Source: Escherichia phage ECOH1
Sequence record: ON540300.1
Direction: 5' to 3' (one strand)
DNA length: 64,000 nt
Below, one piece after another: positions 62,349 through 64,000 of the stretch. A program made the translations under genes and the position numbers. The stretch's first letter is position 1. Each line of letters starts with the position of its first letter. Below the pieces are notes generated by a model, which saw nothing but the letters and a program-made list of their open reading frames with translations, did not search any database and was not told where the DNA came from.

Positions 62349-62813
62349 ATGAACAATATCATTACGGTAGCACTGGACGATACGACAAACAAATCTGTAG
62401 TAGTTCGTAAATTGATTCAAGGTAACTTTGAAGGTAAAATTTTTCGTGCTGTCAATGTAAAAGCTGATGGCAGCATTCGTGAATATCGTGCATTGTTGAA
62501 CGTTAAGAAGCACGTAAAAGGTGTTGGTTCAACGACTGCACACAAAGAAAACCTGATGACTATCTATGATATGGGTAAGGCTTCAGAGTTAGGTGCTGAA
62601 GGTATCGTTAAAGAAGGTGCTCCGTATCGCTCTTTCAATCTGGAAACTACTCTTATGCTTTCCTTTACGAGTGGTTCTAAAACAATCACTTATCTCTTTA
62701 CTGATGCTGCAACGGTATCTGCTATTAAGGATGGCACTGTCAAAGCTGGCGTAGTTGCTGCTGCAAAAGCTTCTTCGATGGCTGCAAATATCCTTGCTAA
62801 AGTCCTCGGTTAA
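62349..62813 (+). CDS. hypothetical protein
   Basis: ATG 62349 with RBS gagaaaaa. Confidence 0.4.
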   Translation: MNNIITVALDDTTNKSVVVRKLIQGNFEGKIFRAVNVKADGSIREYRALLNVKKHVKGVGSTTAHKENLMTIYDMGKASELGAEGIVKEGAPYRSFNLETTLMLSFTSGSKTITYLFTDAATVSAIKDGTVKAGVVAAAKASSMAANILAKVLG

Positions 62814-62825
62814 GGTTAAGATACA

Positions 62826-62846
62826 GGCTCCTTCGGGAGCCTTTTT
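62826..62846 (+). terminator. intrinsic terminator
   Basis: ggctcc-ttcg-ggagcc followed by T5. Confidence 0.6.
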
Positions 62847-62865
62847 CATTTCAGGAGATTGTTAA

Positions 62866-63213
62866 ATGACATTTAAAGAGTTCTGTCAAGCTACTTTCAT
62901 AATTGTTTTCTTAGTTGGGGCAGGTGTCTGGGGAGGATACTCTTACAGAGACTACCAAGTTGCTGAAGCTGAGCTAAATAATGAGAAACTAATAAGTGTT
63001 GCTAAAGATGCTTATCAGGAAGGTTTAGCCACACTCAGCACCAATTACAAAAATGATTTGAAAGACGTGCTTGCTAAGAATAAGCATACAAAAGAGGTAC
63101 TAACGTATGAAAAGACTAAGCCAGAGTTTTATAATGTTTGTGTTACTGATAATTATGTCAGGGTGTTCAACGAACAAAGTGAACAGTACATTCAAAAACT
63201 CCCAAGTAAGTGA
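62866..63213 (+). CDS. i-spanin-like protein (N-terminal TM + periplasmic domain)
   Basis: N-terminal hydrophobic FIIVFLVGAGVWGGY followed by charged helical region; overlapped by a lipoprotein ORF in another frame. Confidence 0.45.
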   Translation: MTFKEFCQATFIIVFLVGAGVWGGYSYRDYQVAEAELNNEKLISVAKDAYQEGLATLSTNYKNDLKDVLAKNKHTKEVLTYEKTKPEFYNVCVTDNYVRVFNEQSEQYIQKLPSK

Positions 63214-63376
63214 GAGTGACAAGTACACTCAAGAAGATTCAAGATTCACTGTCAAAGGTAATACTGGTAGTGATGTGGCATCAGCCCTTGAGTTTTACCG
63301 TGATGGTTTTTACCAGTGCACAATCAAAGCTAATAACCTTATTGATATGATTTTATTAGGAAACAAACAGCAATGA
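63107..63376 (+). CDS. o-spanin-like outer-membrane lipoprotein, overlapping the 3' end of the i-spanin-like gene
   Basis: Lipoprotein signal with lipobox LLIIMSGC; overlaps 62866..63213 in a different frame. Confidence 0.45.
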   Translation: MKRLSQSFIMFVLLIIMSGCSTNKVNSTFKNSQVSESDKYTQEDSRFTVKGNTGSDVASALEFYRDGFYQCTIKANNLIDMILLGNKQQ

Positions 63377-63642
63377 CAGAGAATGAAGACACTTTCTATG
63401 TAGAAGGGTACTTACTGCTACCACGACCAAAAGAAACTTATATGCGGGTTGATTTCTCACCAACCATTATGGATAACGTGATGTGTCATATCTTTATGCA
63501 AGGTGTCACAGCACAACTTAAGCATGTTGGTAAAGAGTGCAAAATAAAGGTTGACACTCATCCAGAAATCAAAGAGAATCACTACACATGGTTCTTACCA
63601 GACTCTAAAGAAATCTTAGCAGTTCTTAAAACGAGGAAATGA
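63373..63642 (+). CDS. hypothetical protein
   Basis: 89-aa coupled ORF. Confidence 0.4.
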   Translation: MTENEDTFYVEGYLLLPRPKETYMRVDFSPTIMDNVMCHIFMQGVTAQLKHVGKECKIKVDTHPEIKENHYTWFLPDSKEILAVLKTRK

Positions 63643-63953
63643 TTATGCAATTCCAGCCAACAAATCGTGGGTTTTCTTATGCAGAATTTAAAGATGCTAA
63701 AGGAGAGATTTGTACTTTACAAGAAAGTTCATCATATGAACCATGTATCTGGTTAGGTGCTAAAGAGGTCTCTGTTCAGTACCTAGATGGTGGCTGGAAA
63801 ACACTTGATATCCCAGCATTAGTAGGCAAAGATTTTGTAGGTAACCAAAGAATGAAACTCAACCAAGAACAGGTGAGAGAGTTATTACCATACCTTCAGT
63901 ACTTTGCTGAAAATGGTGAATTACCAGCAGAGGAACTTACAAATGCAGATTAA
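63639..63953 (+). CDS. hypothetical protein
   Basis: 104-aa coupled ORF. Confidence 0.4.
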   Translation: MIMQFQPTNRGFSYAEFKDAKGEICTLQESSSYEPCIWLGAKEVSVQYLDGGWKTLDIPALVGKDFVGNQRMKLNQEQVRELLPYLQYFAENGELPAEELTNAD

Positions 63954-64000
63954 TGGAAGAGATTTTGTAGCCGTTTACTACGAGAACGATAAAGAAGTTG

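Overview
This window reads as a contiguous piece of a virulent tailed-phage genome; no integrase, CRISPR array or cas genes were seen. All calls are from reading the sequence and ORF track by eye; no searches or structure predictions were run. Layout: (1) 1-1290, a cluster of six tRNA genes around one ORF that lacks a canonical start; (2) 1509-24753 on the + strand, a structural module (large terminase, portal, protease/scaffold, capsid, contractile-tail sheath/tube, chaperone pair with a frameshift signal, tape measure, baseplate, two His-x-His tail fibres); (3) 25435-35271 on the - strand, an early/replication block (thymidylate synthase, DHFR, HTH regulator, ATP-dependent ligase, HNH-AP2 endonuclease, family-A DNA polymerase), interrupted by a 560-bp repeat-rich non-coding region; (4) 35529-63953 on the + strand, replication and nucleotide metabolism (dNMP kinase, primase-helicase, SSB, 5'-3' exonuclease, NrdA/B/H/D/G), a Prs-like + NAMPT-like pair, rIIA/rIIB-like genes and lysis candidates (SLT-domain protein, overlapping spanin pair). 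Most notable: nrdD is split by a 315-nt ORF-less group I intron; the Prs-like/NAMPT-like pair resembles a phage NAD+ reconstitution system; the repeat-rich region at 28919-29478; and promoter-like TTGACA-N17-TAGAAT elements, one with a GC palindrome as spacer. The architecture is reminiscent of Felix-O1-type myoviruses, but that is unconfirmed.
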